The notes: generated by a model from the sequence alone, not told the origin. A stretch of 64,000 nucleotides of DNA from an uncultured bacterium (GCA_963749495.1 CAVVMW010000019.1:64001-128000); one strand, 5' to 3'; shown: positions 11,101 to 19,751, counted from the stretch's first letter. A program made the numbers and translations.

Positions 11101-11758
11101 TGAGCGCCGTGCCGTAGGTGATGTCTGCCGGCTGGGGCCAAGTCAGCGTCGGGAGGCTGGTGCCGGTGATTTGCAGTCCCCAATCGGTGAGACTGTTCGT
11201 GCCGCCCGGTGCGAGGTCGGCCACGAAGAGCGTCCAATCGCCGGCGGCGTTCTGGCCGTTGAAGCTGGCGAGCGAGGTCGTGCGCGGGGAGGTGTCCAGG
11301 ACGCTGTCCGGGTCCAGGTTGCGGTCGTCAGGCGCCCAGACGCCGCTCAGCCCCGTCCCGGCCGGAAGATTGGTGACCGCCTGGTAGGTGTGGATGTCGG
11401 GCGCCCCATCGGCGAGAACCACATTCATGCCGGGGTCGGCATAGCCTGCCGAGTTGGATGCCGTGCGGCCGACCCGGTTGAGGAGCACGCAGAAGTTGGT
11501 GACGCCGCCCTGGATATGGCGCAGATAGCCGTAGAGATCCCCGTTGAACTGTCCGCTGATGTGCAGCGTCACGCGCAAGGAGGTGATATTCGTGATGGCG
11601 GAAGTGACCGTCTGGATATTGTGCAGCCCCGAGGCGTCGCCATCCGGGATGCTCAGGTTGAGACCGCTGAAAGAGTGGGTCTCCTGAACCTGCGCCTGGA
11701 CTTGCCCACGGAGCGGCGCCAGCAACAGCATGACAGGCAATAGGGCGGCTGCTCTCAT
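5117..11758 (-). CDS. Giant secreted adhesin-like protein (~2213 aa): proprotein-convertase P-like domain, ~20 MBG repeats, Ig-like and cadherin-like domains, C-terminal tail
   Basis: ATG 11758 gives signal peptide MRAAALLPVMLLLAPLRGQVQA; P-domain-like IPD...GDLYGYL...LASFNG...GDWTLFVAD; 83-aa repeats; ends FRYYRSVYP. Confidence 0.88.
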   Translation of the reverse strand: MRAAALLPVMLLLAPLRGQVQAQVQETHSFSGLNLSIPDGDASGLHNIQTVTSAITNITSLRVTLHISGQFNGDLYGYLRHIQGGVTNFCVLLNRVGRTASNSAGYADPGMNVVLADGAPDIHTYQAVTNLPAGTGLSGVWAPDDRNLDPDSVLDTSPRTTSLASFNGQNAAGDWTLFVADLAPGGTNSLTDWGLQITGTSLPTLTWPQPADITYGTALSSSQLSATATFNSTNVSGTFTYTPPLGTVLSAGAAQTLSVTFTPVDTTSFLPAATSVSINVNPALLTITANSGSKTYGAANPSFSYTPSGFVNGDTSSVLSGSPSLTTTATTASGVGTYAITAAAGTLSAANYTFSFVPGTLTVNAATVTITANAASKTYGVANPTFSYTPSGFVNGDTSSVLTGNPSLTTTATTASGVGTYAITAAAGTLSAANYTFSFVPGTLTVNAATLTITANAASKTYGAANPSFSYTPSGFVNGDTSSVLSGSPSLTTTATTASGVGTYAITAAAGSLSAANYTFSFVPGTLTVNAATLTITANAAGKTYGAANPSFGYTPSGFFNGDTSSVLSGSPSLTTTATTASGVGTYAITAAAGSLSAANYTFSFVNGTLTVNKATLTITANAASKTYGAANPSFSYTPSGFVNGDTSSVLTGSPSLTTTATTASGVGTYAITAAAGTLSAANYTFSFIPGTLTVNAATLTITANAASKTYGAANPSFGYTPSGFVNGDTSSVLTGSPSLTTTATTSSGVGTYAITAAAGTLSAANYTFSFIPGTLTVNAATLTITANAASKSYGTANPSFGYTPSGFVNGDTSSVLSGSPSLTTTATTSSGVGTYAITAATGSLSAANYTFSFVNGTLTVNKATLTITANAASKTYGAANPSFGYTPSGFVNGDTSSVLSGSPSLTTTATTASGVGTYAITAAAGTLSAANYTFSFVPGTLTVNAATLTITANAASKTYGAANPSFGYTPSGFVNGDTSSVLTGSPSLTTTATTSSGVGTYAITAAAGSLSAANYTFSFVPGTLTVNAATLTITANAASKTYGAANPSFGYTPSGFVNGDTSSVLTGSPSLTTTATTASGVGTYAITAATGSLGAANYTFSFVNGTLTVNKATLTITANAASKTYGAANPSFSYTPSGFVNGDTSSVLTGSPSLTTTATTASGVGTYAITAALGSLTAANYTFSFVNGTLTVNKATLTITANAASKTYGAANPTFSYTPSGFVNGDTSSVLSGSPSLTTTATTASGVGTYAITAALGSLTAANYTFSFVPGTLTVNAATLTITANAASKTYGAANPTFSYTPSGFVNGDTSSVLSGSPSLTTTATTASGVGTYAITAALGSLTAANYTFSFVNGTLTVNKATLTITANAASKTYGAANPTFGYTPSGFVNGDTSSVLSGSPSLTTTATTASGVGTYAITAAAGSLTAANYTFSFVNGTLTVNAATLTITANAASKTYGAANPTFSYTPSGFVNGDTSSVLSGSPSLTTTATTASGVGTYAITAAAGSLTAANYTFSFVNGTLTVNAATLTITANAAGKTYGAANPSFSYTPSGFVNGDTSSVLSGSPSLTTTATTASGVGTYAITAAAGSLSAANYTFSFVNGTLTVNKATLTITANAASKTYGAANPSFSYTPSGFVNGDTSSVLSGSPSLTTTATTASGVGTYAITAAAGSLTAANYTFSFVNGTLTVNAATLTITANAASKTYGAANPTFSYTPSGFVNGDTSSVLSGSPSLTTTATTSSGVGTYAITAAAGSLTAANYTFSFVPGTLTVNAATLTITANAAGKTYGAANPSFSYTPSGFVNGDTSSVLSGSPSLTTTATTASGVGTYAITAAAGSLSAANYTFSFVNGTLTVNKAVLTVTASNATRVYGQANPAFTASYSGFQNGETLPTSGVTGSPSLTTTATAASPVPGPYPITAAAGTLAAANYSFSFANGQLTLAKATTVAALNSSSNPALPGTPVIFTNSLGVVAPGGGTPTGTVNFRIDGSIAGSSTLSGAVATYTNSTLAHGTHTVVAEYAGDGNFLGATNQLSSSQVINTPPVAGAETILRPPTEGAKIPIASLLGIATDADGDPITFLSASATSANGGTLSVDSNWIIYTPAPGSTNADSFTYTISDGYATVTGTVNVNVNANTSLSVNLTIVSLGNGSFAINGNGIPYRTYHIQFSGNLQHSNWQTVGSATADSFGSFQFIDTPGTGTSFRYYRSVYP
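6178..10908 (-). repeat. 19 tandem near-identical 249-bp (83-aa) MBG-domain repeats
   Basis: Marker GCATAAGTGC recurs every 249 nt from 6261 to 10743 (19 copies). Confidence 0.95.
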
Positions 11759-11771
11759 AAAGTCCCTTTGG

Positions 11772-13652
11772 TTATGGATACACGGAACGATACTGGCGTT
11801 GGGGGTTTCCCGCTGTGTCGAGGAACTGAATGACACCGGACCCATCGGCGGTCGCCGTGCCAAGGGTCTGCCAGTCCGTGCTCGGCAGGGTGTCGGTATA
11901 TTGAATGCTGTAGGTCCGCCCGGGAATGCCGTCCCCGCTGATAGCATACGAACTGTTGCCCAGGTCGGCACTGGCCAGATTCAGCGATGGGCTGCTAACC
12001 GCCCGGACGGACACGGTCACCGAGCCGCCCGCCGTCGCGTAGCCGTCGCTGATCGTATAGGCAAACGAGTCTGCATTGGTGGACCCGGAAGCCGACGTGT
12101 AGAAGAGCCAGCCGTTGTTGCTGACCACGGTGCCGCCATTGGCGCTGGTGGCGCTCGCGTTGAGGAAGGTGATGGGGTCGCCGTCGGCATCGGTGGCAAT
12201 GCCCAGCAACGACGCGATGGGGATTTTCGCGCCTTCGGTTGGGGGTCGCAGGATGGTTTCCGCGCCCGCAACCGGCGGCGTGTTGATCACCTGGCTTGAC
12301 GACAATTGGTTGGTGGCGCCGAGGAAGTTGCCATCTCCGCCATACTCGGCCACGACGGTGTGGGTGCCGTGCGCCAGTGTGCTGTTTGTGTACGTCGCGG
12401 CAGTGCCGGACAAGGTGCCGGAGCCGGCGATGCTGCCATCGATGCGGAAGTTCACCGTGCCGGTCGGCGTGCCCCCACCGGGAGCCACCACGCCCAGACT
12501 GTTGGTGAAGACAACCGGCGTGCCAGGCAGGGCCGGGTTGGAGGATGAATTGAGCGTCGCAGCCGTCGTGGCCTTCGCCAGAGTGAGTTGACCATTAGCG
12601 AAGCTGAAACTGTAATTGGCTGCGGCCAATGTGCCTGCCGCAGCCGTGATCGGATAGGGGCCGGGAACAGGGCTGGTCGCCGTCGCCGTGGCCGTCAAAC
12701 TCGGACTGCCCGTCACCCCGCTGGTGGGCAGCGTTTCGCCATTCTGGAACCCGGAATAACTGGCGGTGAATGCCGGATTCGCCGCGCCATAGACGCGGGC
12801 GGCATTGCCCGCCGTGACCGTCAGCGCGGCGGGGGAAATGGTGAGCGTGCCGTTGGTGGCGCTGACGGTGTAGTTGGCCAGCTTGTTGGCCGGGTCGGCC
12901 AGGGCCGGCACGATGCTGTAGGGGCCCACGGGGCTGGCTGGGGTTGCGGCCGTGGAGAAGGTGGCGGTGATGGCGTCCCCGTTCTGGAGGCCGGTGAGCG
13001 TGCCGGTCAGGGGCGGGTTTGCGGCGCCATAAGTCCGGCTTTGGGTGGCTGCCGTGACGCTCAACGGGGCTGGGGTGACGGTGAGGGTGCCGTTGTTGGT
13101 GCTCACGCTGTAGTTGCCCAGCTTGTTGCCCGGGTCCACGAGGGCGACCGTAATCGCGTAATTGCCCACCGTGCTGGTGGCATTGGCGGTGGTGCTGTAG
13201 GTGGCGGTGATGTTGTCGCCGCTCTGCACCCCGCTCAGGGTGCCGGTCAGGACCGGGTTCGCCGCCCCATAGGGCCTGCTGGCGCTCTGCGCAGTCACCG
13301 TCAGCCCCGGCCTGACGTAGTAAGGGACTTCATTCGAGAAGTCGCTTTCCAGCCCCAGGTTGTCGGATGCCGTGGCAGCGAAAAAGTAAGTGGCCCCGGC
13401 GACCAGGCCGGTGATGCTCGCATTGGTCACGGCGCCGACGGTGACCTTGTTGGTATAGGTTTGGCTGGCCACCCCATAATAGAGGTTATAGGCCACGACA
13501 TTCGCGTCGGTACTCGGGTCCCATGCGAGCGTGACGCTGGCGGTTGATCCATCGGCAGCGGCGGCCCAACCGAGGGCCGCAACGGCGATGGAGGCGACAA
13601 TCAGGTCCCGAGCCAATTGCCTCGGCACCTTCAACAGACTTGCCTTTTCCAC
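11772..13652 (-). CDS. Secreted FN3 + MBG + Ig-like/cadherin-like protein, paralog of both neighbours
   Basis: GTG 13652 is homologous to the GTG start at 5064 (ATG 13670 is an alternative); FN3, three MBG units, Ig-like domains; ends QRQYRSVYP. Confidence 0.85.
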   Translation of the reverse strand: MEKASLLKVPRQLARDLIVASIAVAALGWAAAADGSTASVTLAWDPSTDANVVAYNLYYGVASQTYTNKVTVGAVTNASITGLVAGATYFFAATASDNLGLESDFSNEVPYYVRPGLTVTAQSASRPYGAANPVLTGTLSGVQSGDNITATYSTTANATSTVGNYAITVALVDPGNKLGNYSVSTNNGTLTVTPAPLSVTAATQSRTYGAANPPLTGTLTGLQNGDAITATFSTAATPASPVGPYSIVPALADPANKLANYTVSATNGTLTISPAALTVTAGNAARVYGAANPAFTASYSGFQNGETLPTSGVTGSPSLTATATATSPVPGPYPITAAAGTLAAANYSFSFANGQLTLAKATTAATLNSSSNPALPGTPVVFTNSLGVVAPGGGTPTGTVNFRIDGSIAGSGTLSGTAATYTNSTLAHGTHTVVAEYGGDGNFLGATNQLSSSQVINTPPVAGAETILRPPTEGAKIPIASLLGIATDADGDPITFLNASATSANGGTVVSNNGWLFYTSASGSTNADSFAYTISDGYATAGGSVTVSVRAVSSPSLNLASADLGNSSYAISGDGIPGRTYSIQYTDTLPSTDWQTLGTATADGSGVIQFLDTAGNPQRQYRSVYP

Positions 13653-14035
13653 AAGGTGCCCGAGATGCATAACGCTTGCCACCATTACGGGCCAAAGGCA
13701 AGGAGGCGCGGCTCGGCGCGCCGGCCACACTCGAAACCGGGCTGCCGGGAGGCCAATCCCCGCCCGCACGCCTTGTTTTTCGCGCCTCCTGAGGGGCGCG
13801 CGCACTTTGTCACCGGCTGGCAGCCCGCTTTGGTTTTAACCCAGGCAGGTCGAGATCGATGGCTGAAAGTGGGCCACAATAAATCAATCGGCGGCCACTT
13901 TCTGGACAGCCGCCGCGAGCGCATCGGCGGCGAGGATGACCGGCGGGCGCGGCGGCCCCCGTCCCGGGCGGTGTCCAATCGGTGCCCGCACCTGTCCTAA
14001 ACCTGAATTGGATAGCCTGTAACTTCGTGGTATAG

Positions 14036-14467
14036 TTGTGCATTACAACGAAGAAGAGAGGACAGAACAAGGCGGAGAAGCCGCCCAGGCAGACCGCACA
14101 GACGGTTCTGCTCGTCAATGATGTGGACGGGAGCCGCATCATCGCGAAGTGGTTCCTCGAGAACTTCGGGTATGCGGTCGAGTCCATGCGGTCTGCAGAA
14201 GATGCCCTCGCGCTGTTCGACCCCACACTCCACGTTGCGGTGGTCACCGACAACACCATGCCGTGCATGAGCGGTGTGGAGATGGCCCAAATCATAAAGC
14301 TGCGATCTCCACGCACGCCGGTCATCATGTACACCGGCCATCCCCCCGAAGATCGCTCGTGCGTGGATGTCCTCATTCAAAAACCGGCCCACTTGTTCCT
14401 GCTCAAAGAGGCACTGGAGAATGTCTTCTCCGTCGTCAAAGGCACTCTGCAGCAGCCTCCCGGGTGA
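14036..14467 (+). CDS. Single-domain response regulator receiver (CheY-like)
   Basis: VLLVND, VVTDNTMP (phosphoacceptor D), IMYTG, IQKP; start uncertain. Confidence 0.85.
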   Translation: MCITTKKRGQNKAEKPPRQTAQTVLLVNDVDGSRIIAKWFLENFGYAVESMRSAEDALALFDPTLHVAVVTDNTMPCMSGVEMAQIIKLRSPRTPVIMYTGHPPEDRSCVDVLIQKPAHLFLLKEALENVFSVVKGTLQQPPG

Positions 14468-15601
14468 CACCGACACGCCCCAACGTCTCCGGTTGTGGAA
14501 CCTGTTTTGCGATCCTATGTCATCCGCATGACAGAAGGGCAACAAGATGTGGGCAATGTTGGTCGTGTCATACTGTATGCAGCGTACCAGCCAGGACTTT
14601 GGGACAAGCTTTAGTCGAGGAGGTTGTCCTGGAGTTGGAACGTAAACGCATCATGTTGGGGGTGGATGGCAGGGTTCATACCATCTGTGGTGGAAAGCAA
14701 GTTGGGTTGGCACTCGCGATCCTGTAGGAGGCATCAGCGCGCCACTTATCTACGCCGCCCGACGTAGAACCGACTCAGGAAGCGACGCACATTTGAGGCA
14801 AAAATACGCTTTGGGCAGGATGTTCGCCTGGAAGTGTGTTTGTTAGGATGAGTTGTCTGCCTTGGTTTCCGCGCGGTAAAGACCTGAGTGTGCGTCTCGA
14901 AAGTGCGAGCCACAGCGGACCGTTTCATTGTCGGAGAGAATACGGCATTGTGGATCTGAGTGCTGTTGTGCAACGGCGCGCACGCGTGTGTGAGGATGCG
15001 TGCGTGGATTACTGGCAATGCTGCACAAAGGCGCAACCCCGTGCATCTGTTGGTGAGAGGTCATTGAGCTAAAGGTCGCGAGAGTTGGACCGATAAATGC
15101 GTAATGTCGAATGTCCAAAACATGAATAAACCAGTCTGGACAGTGGATAGACGCTGACAAGAGAATGACTTATTGTCTCGGCAGTCTTTAGCGTTTTGGG
15201 GTTTAGACCCCATTGGTGTCGGTAAGCGAATGACCTATTGTCACGCCCGTGCCGAGGAACTGGCAACGTGGCAAGAACTTCTGTCGCGCTTGCGGCTCTA
15301 AGGGCTGGAATAGCTTGCGAGACTGCGGCAGTGAATTGGTGTGTTATCGATGCCCTGGTCTGAGGGCATGGGTAAACGGCTACGCATTAGAATGAGAATT
15401 TTTGGATGGCAGCGCGGTAACCGCGAGGCTCGGTACGGGCATGGCCCATCGAGTCAGTTCAATCCCGTGAGAATACCGGGCGTGGTGTTTGGCCGCCACT
15501 TGCCCTGCGCACTCCCTGCGATGTGCCCGGACCGGATGACGGGGCGGCAATCGAGAGGCCGGCGGCAGATGCCGCTGGGCCCGGGAAGCTGAAGGTGCCC
15601 G

Positions 15602-16693
15602 ATGCTGGACCAGCACTATCTTTGCCTGCACCTGACTCGCCTTCGCGCCCCGGACCAGTGGGCCAGCGATGAGCGCGGTTTGTTCTTCATTTTCCCCAAG
15701 GCGGGCGCAGGGGTGTGCGCCTGTGGCGGGGCGACGCGCGCTGTGCGGCCCGGAGATGTCGTGGTGCTGGGCGCGGCGGCGGTGGGGCGGCTCTGCGCCG
15801 CGGAGAAGGGTGAGTTCGAGTTTGGTTGGTTCTCGGCCAAACTGGAGCACCTCTACCCGTTGTTCGCCGCGAGCGAGATCTGCCTGGTGCCTCCGGTCAC
15901 GGACGGGTTTAGAAGCGGCAAACTGTATCCGGCATCCAGTCCTCTGGCGGTCGAGTGCCACAAGCTGCTGGCCGATGCGCCCCCGGAGCCCAACCTGGTG
16001 CATCGCTGCCAAGTGATCAAGATCGCCGCGGCTGTGCTGTCGGTTGAGTTCAACACCGCGCGCGTTTCCCGGGCCGGCTTCGTTCGAGCGGAAGAACAGA
16101 TGACGGCGACGCTGGAAAGGCTCTCGGCCGATGAGGTCCTTAAGCTGCCCGTGACCGAGCTGGCCGGCAGGTTCAATTGCAGCCAGCGCCAGCTCAATCG
16201 GCTCTTCCATAGCCGCTTCGGCGTCTCGGTGGCCGCGTTGCGCATGGAGTTGCGCCTGTTGAGGGCCATGGCTTTGCTCCGGGACCCGACGGCCAAGGTC
16301 ATTAACGTGGCCGAACAGTGTGGCTTCAATCACTTGGGCCTGTTCAACATATGTTTCAAGCGCCGGTTCGGCGCCAGCCCGGGCAGGTGGCGCAGGACCA
16401 TTTCCGAAGCGGTCCCTCCGCCGGCCAGTCTCAATGCCGGCCAGCCGGCCTGCCGGATGCTCGAGATCGGCTTGTGCCCGTGGAAGAACGAGCCCGCCGA
16501 GTTCAAGCCAGCCAAGACCCGCATGGAGCCTCTGAGCAAGGCGCCGCGCTTTTTCAGCCAGTGTGCGCGGATAAGCCCGGTCGTTATGAACGGGCACCGC
16601 CGCAGGAACATGGTCCAGTGCGCCGCCGAGCCGGGTCCGGAACTCATGGTTGCCGCCCTGGCTGTGGAAGCCAACGCTGAGGGACTGCAGTGA
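15602..16693 (+). CDS. AraC family transcriptional regulator
   Basis: ELAGRFNCSQRQLNRLFHSRFG and VAEQCGFNHLGLFNICFKRRFGASPGRWR double HTH. Confidence 0.9.
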   Translation: MLDQHYLCLHLTRLRAPDQWASDERGLFFIFPKAGAGVCACGGATRAVRPGDVVVLGAAAVGRLCAAEKGEFEFGWFSAKLEHLYPLFAASEICLVPPVTDGFRSGKLYPASSPLAVECHKLLADAPPEPNLVHRCQVIKIAAAVLSVEFNTARVSRAGFVRAEEQMTATLERLSADEVLKLPVTELAGRFNCSQRQLNRLFHSRFGVSVAALRMELRLLRAMALLRDPTAKVINVAEQCGFNHLGLFNICFKRRFGASPGRWRRTISEAVPPPASLNAGQPACRMLEIGLCPWKNEPAEFKPAKTRMEPLSKAPRFFSQCARISPVVMNGHRRRNMVQCAAEPGPELMVAALAVEANAEGLQ

Positions 16694-17121
16694 TGTGTTG
16701 CAGATTTTGACAACTGGTTGGATATGGCGTATAAGGACAAGACGCCAACCATGAGGGACTGCGGTGATGCGTTGCGGGCTCAACCCGGGCCTCCAAAGGC
16801 CGGTCGTGATTTCCCAGTGTGCCTTGGCCGCTGTTGTTTTTTGGGTTGGGTATTGGTTCTGCTGGCATCAGAACCACAAAATGCGGATTTAGCAGCGCCG
16901 ACATAAGCCACGCCTGAAGCCGTGGAGCGTGGCAGGCATGTCGGCCGCGATAGCCTGCCGTGGACTCCGGTGATGCGTGATGAGAGAGTCCGAGTTGGCA
17001 AAGGGATGGAAAATGTGCAAGTGCGGAGCCATGTACCGATTTGGGCCTGGATCTTGCTTTCCAGGTGAGGGCTCTGGCGGCGTGGGGACCATGCAGCAAC
17101 AATCAAAACCGCGGTTCGGCT

Positions 17122-17670
17122 ATGTATATTGATAATCCGACATGGTATTGTGCGCGGACCAAGCCCAAGCACGAGCACATTGCTGCCAAGAGCCTGGCCA
17201 GGCAGCGTGGCTTAGAGGTGTTCCATCCGCGGCTGAGAATGGAGCGGGCAACACGGCGGGGAGTGGTGCGGGTCATTGAGCCGCTCTTTCCCTGCTATGT
17301 GTTCGTGCGCTGCCCGAGTTCGGAGAACCTGGAAGAGGTGCGCTACGCGACGGGCATCAGCAGCCTGGTGCAATTTGGACAGAGGGCCGCCACAGTCCCG
17401 GAGGAGGTTATCGCGGAGTTGAAGCTGTGCTTCGAGGCGGGAGAACCGATGCCAGTCGAGGATCGCCTGGAGGCCGGCACCGAGGTGATCGTGGGGGTGG
17501 GTCCGTTTCAGGGGTTTCGGGCGACCGTCGTGCGGTCGATGCCGGCGAGGCAGCGCGTCCAGGTCCTGCTGGACTTCCTGGGGCGAACGACCTTGACGGA
17601 GGTGGACCGGGGATCGCTGATTGTGGAAGACCGAAGCCTGGCGCGCCTGCTGCCGTTGCTGGCAATTTAA
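17122..17670 (+). CDS. NusG-paralog transcription antiterminator (RfaH/UpxY-like)
   Basis: WYCARTKPKHE, EPLFPCYVFVR NGN domain; KOW GPFQGFRATV...RVQVLLDFLGR; first gene of a long polysaccharide operon. Confidence 0.92.
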   Translation: MYIDNPTWYCARTKPKHEHIAAKSLARQRGLEVFHPRLRMERATRRGVVRVIEPLFPCYVFVRCPSSENLEEVRYATGISSLVQFGQRAATVPEEVIAELKLCFEAGEPMPVEDRLEAGTEVIVGVGPFQGFRATVVRSMPARQRVQVLLDFLGRTTLTEVDRGSLIVEDRSLARLLPLLAI

Positions 17671-17705
17671 GTCGAGCGCGCGCCGGCAGGGCGGCAATAC
17701 AAGGC

Positions 17706-18476
17706 ATGGCTTCGAACGCGTCTGTGAGCAGGGAGTATCCTGAACGGGAAGGTGTGCGGGGTCATTGTGGTGTGAGGGCCCTAGGTTGCATTCCGAGCTG
17801 GAAGCGGGTGCTGGACGTGTCGTGCATCGTGGCAGCGACGCCCTTATTGCTTCCATTGGGTATGCTGATTGGGCTGATGATCAAGGCGGTTTCGCGCGGG
17901 CCGGCCCTTTTCAAGCAAGTCCGCGTCGGCTACCAGGGCCGGCATTTCACCTGTTTCAAGTTCCGCACCATGAAAGTGGGCGCGGATAGCCGCCTCCACC
18001 GGACGCACCTCGAGCGGTTGATGGACTCGGACAAGCCGATGGAGAAACTGGACAAAGGGGGCGACCCGCGCCTCATCCCGTGCGGGGCGGCGCTCCGGTC
18101 GCTCGGTCTGGACGAACTGCCGCAGTTGCTCAATGTGTTGCGCGGGGAGATGAGCCTGGTGGGGCCGCGGCCCTGCATGGCCTATGAGTGCCGGAAGTAC
18201 AAGCCCAGGCACTGGCAGCGGTTCGAGGCGCTGCCGGGGCTGACCGGGTTCTGGCAGGTCAACGGCAAGAATCGAACCAGCTTCGAGGAGATGATCGATT
18301 TGGACCTCTACTATGTGCGGCACCAGTCCCTGCTGCTGGACCTGAGCATCCTCGCGCGAACGCTCCCGGCTATCCTTTCCCAAGTGTTGGACCACCGCCG
18401 CCGACGGGAACCGCGGGGACGCACACCGATGATCCGGCGGCCGAGCGTGAGCCGGCCTGTCGACGGGCAGTCTTGA
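17706..18476 (+). CDS. Priming (initiating) bacterial sugar transferase
   Basis: KRVLD, FKFRTM, DPRLIPCG, LDELPQLLNVLRGEMSLVGPRP, PGLTGFWQVNG. Confidence 0.93.
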   Translation: MASNASVSREYPEREGVRGHCGVRALGCIPSWKRVLDVSCIVAATPLLLPLGMLIGLMIKAVSRGPALFKQVRVGYQGRHFTCFKFRTMKVGADSRLHRTHLERLMDSDKPMEKLDKGGDPRLIPCGAALRSLGLDELPQLLNVLRGEMSLVGPRPCMAYECRKYKPRHWQRFEALPGLTGFWQVNGKNRTSFEEMIDLDLYYVRHQSLLLDLSILARTLPAILSQVLDHRRRREPRGRTPMIRRPSVSRPVDGQS

Positions 18477-18536
18477 AAAAGGAACGATGCACGGAGTTTT
18501 GGAAACGCGGCAGTCTGTAAACCGACGGAGATAATT

Positions 18537-19739
18537 ATGGCAAAATCGATTCGAATCGGGGTTGTGGGTTGCGGGTACTGGGGACCGAACCTGGTGCGCA
18601 ATTTCAGGACGCTCCCTGACTGCAACCTCAAGGTGATGTGCGACATCAACGAAGAACGGCTCAAGCATCTGACGTCCCTGTATCCCGACGTCGAGGCCCT
18701 GACCGATTTCCAGCGCGTGGTCAACCGGCCTGACCTGGACGCCATCGTCATCGCCACGGCCGTCAGGTTCCACTACTCGATGGCCAAGGCAAGCCTTCTG
18801 GCCGGCAAGCACACCATGATTGAAAAGCCGATGGCCGCTTCGTCGGGGCAATGCGAGGAGCTGATCGAGATTGCCAGGAAGAAGGGCTTGGTGCTCATGG
18901 TAGGCCACACCTTCCTGTTTTCACCGGCGGTGAGGCGAATCAAGGAGATCGTCGACTGGGGCGACATCGGGGACATCCGCTACCTGGCCGCGCGGCGTCT
19001 GAATTTGGGGCTATATCAGAAGGACATCAACGTGGCCTGGGATTTAGCCCCGCACGATCTGTCCATCATCCTGTATGTGATGAACGAGATGCCGGAGGCG
19101 GTCAATTGCCGCGGCAGCGCGCTGGTCAGCCCGGGCGTGGAGGACGTGACGCTGATGCACCTCTCCTTCTCGAGGAACCGTTCGGCCTTCGTGCACAGCA
19201 GCTGGCTCGACCCCAAGAAGACCCGGGAGATGACGATTGTGGGCAGCAAGCGGATGATCGTGTATAACGATGTCGAGCCGCTGGAGAAGATCCACATCTT
19301 CGACGCGCGCGTTGAGACACCGCCTCATTACGACACGTTCGCCGAGTTTCAATACGCCTATCATTACGGCGATATGTACGCCCCGCACATCAAGCAGGAG
19401 GAACCGCTTCGGCTGGAATGCCAGCACTTCATCGAGTGCATCCGGACCGGCTCCACACCGCTCACCAGCGGGGCGCGCGGACTGGAGGTCGTCAGGATTC
19501 TCGAAGCCAGTTCGGCCTCGTTGAAACAGGGCGGCAACCCGGTTCATCTGGCCAATGATGCCCTCTTCCCGGGCATGGGGCCCAATGGGGGCAACGGGGA
19601 CGGAATCAGGCGGGGCAGGGCCAGGGCAAGCGGGAACAACGGCCACGGCCACGGCAACGGCAAAGGCAAAGGCAACGGCAAAGGCAAAGGCAAGACAGGC
19701 ATGTCACAGCGGCGGCATGCCAACATGGTCAATTCCTGA
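18537..19739 (+). CDS. Gfo/Idh/MocA oxidoreductase (WbpB/WlbA-like)
   Basis: IGVVGCGYWG, IEKPMA, DLAPHD; RBS GGAG upstream; Gly/Lys-rich tail. Confidence 0.9.
   Translation: MAKSIRIGVVGCGYWGPNLVRNFRTLPDCNLKVMCDINEERLKHLTSLYPDVEALTDFQRVVNRPDLDAIVIATAVRFHYSMAKASLLAGKHTMIEKPMAASSGQCEELIEIARKKGLVLMVGHTFLFSPAVRRIKEIVDWGDIGDIRYLAARRLNLGLYQKDINVAWDLAPHDLSIILYVMNEMPEAVNCRGSALVSPGVEDVTLMHLSFSRNRSAFVHSSWLDPKKTREMTIVGSKRMIVYNDVEPLEKIHIFDARVETPPHYDTFAEFQYAYHYGDMYAPHIKQEEPLRLECQHFIECIRTGSTPLTSGARGLEVVRILEASSASLKQGGNPVHLANDALFPGMGPNGGNGDGIRRGRARASGNNGHGHGNGKGKGNGKGKGKTGMSQRRHANMVNS
19641..19694 (+). repeat. Nine tandem GGCMAN hexamers encoding GHGHGNGKGKGNGKGKGK
   Basis: ggccac ggccac ggcaac ggcaaa ggcaaa ggcaac ggcaaa ggcaaa ggcaag. 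Confidence 0.9.
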
Positions 19740-19751
19740 TCCCGGCCGGAC

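Noticed and set aside
5939..11743. 1934-aa plus-strand ORF and 959-aa alternate-frame ORF (8358-11237)
   Set aside because: Shadow frames of the GC-rich repeated adhesin; a stop-free unit repeated 19 times yields long ORFs automatically
11759..11971. Extended N-terminus of the 2284-aa ORF
   Set aside because: Overlaps the upstream paralog; ATG 11758 gives a clean signal peptide
14468..15601. Short ORFs and sigma54 promoter candidates
   Set aside because: No recognisable motifs; the TGGCA-containing sites examined lack correct GG-N10-GC spacing
15380..16783. 467-aa minus-strand ORF and similar antisense ORFs across the EPS cluster
   Set aside because: Antisense to well-supported genes, with no motifs and Arg/Pro/Gly-biased shadow composition
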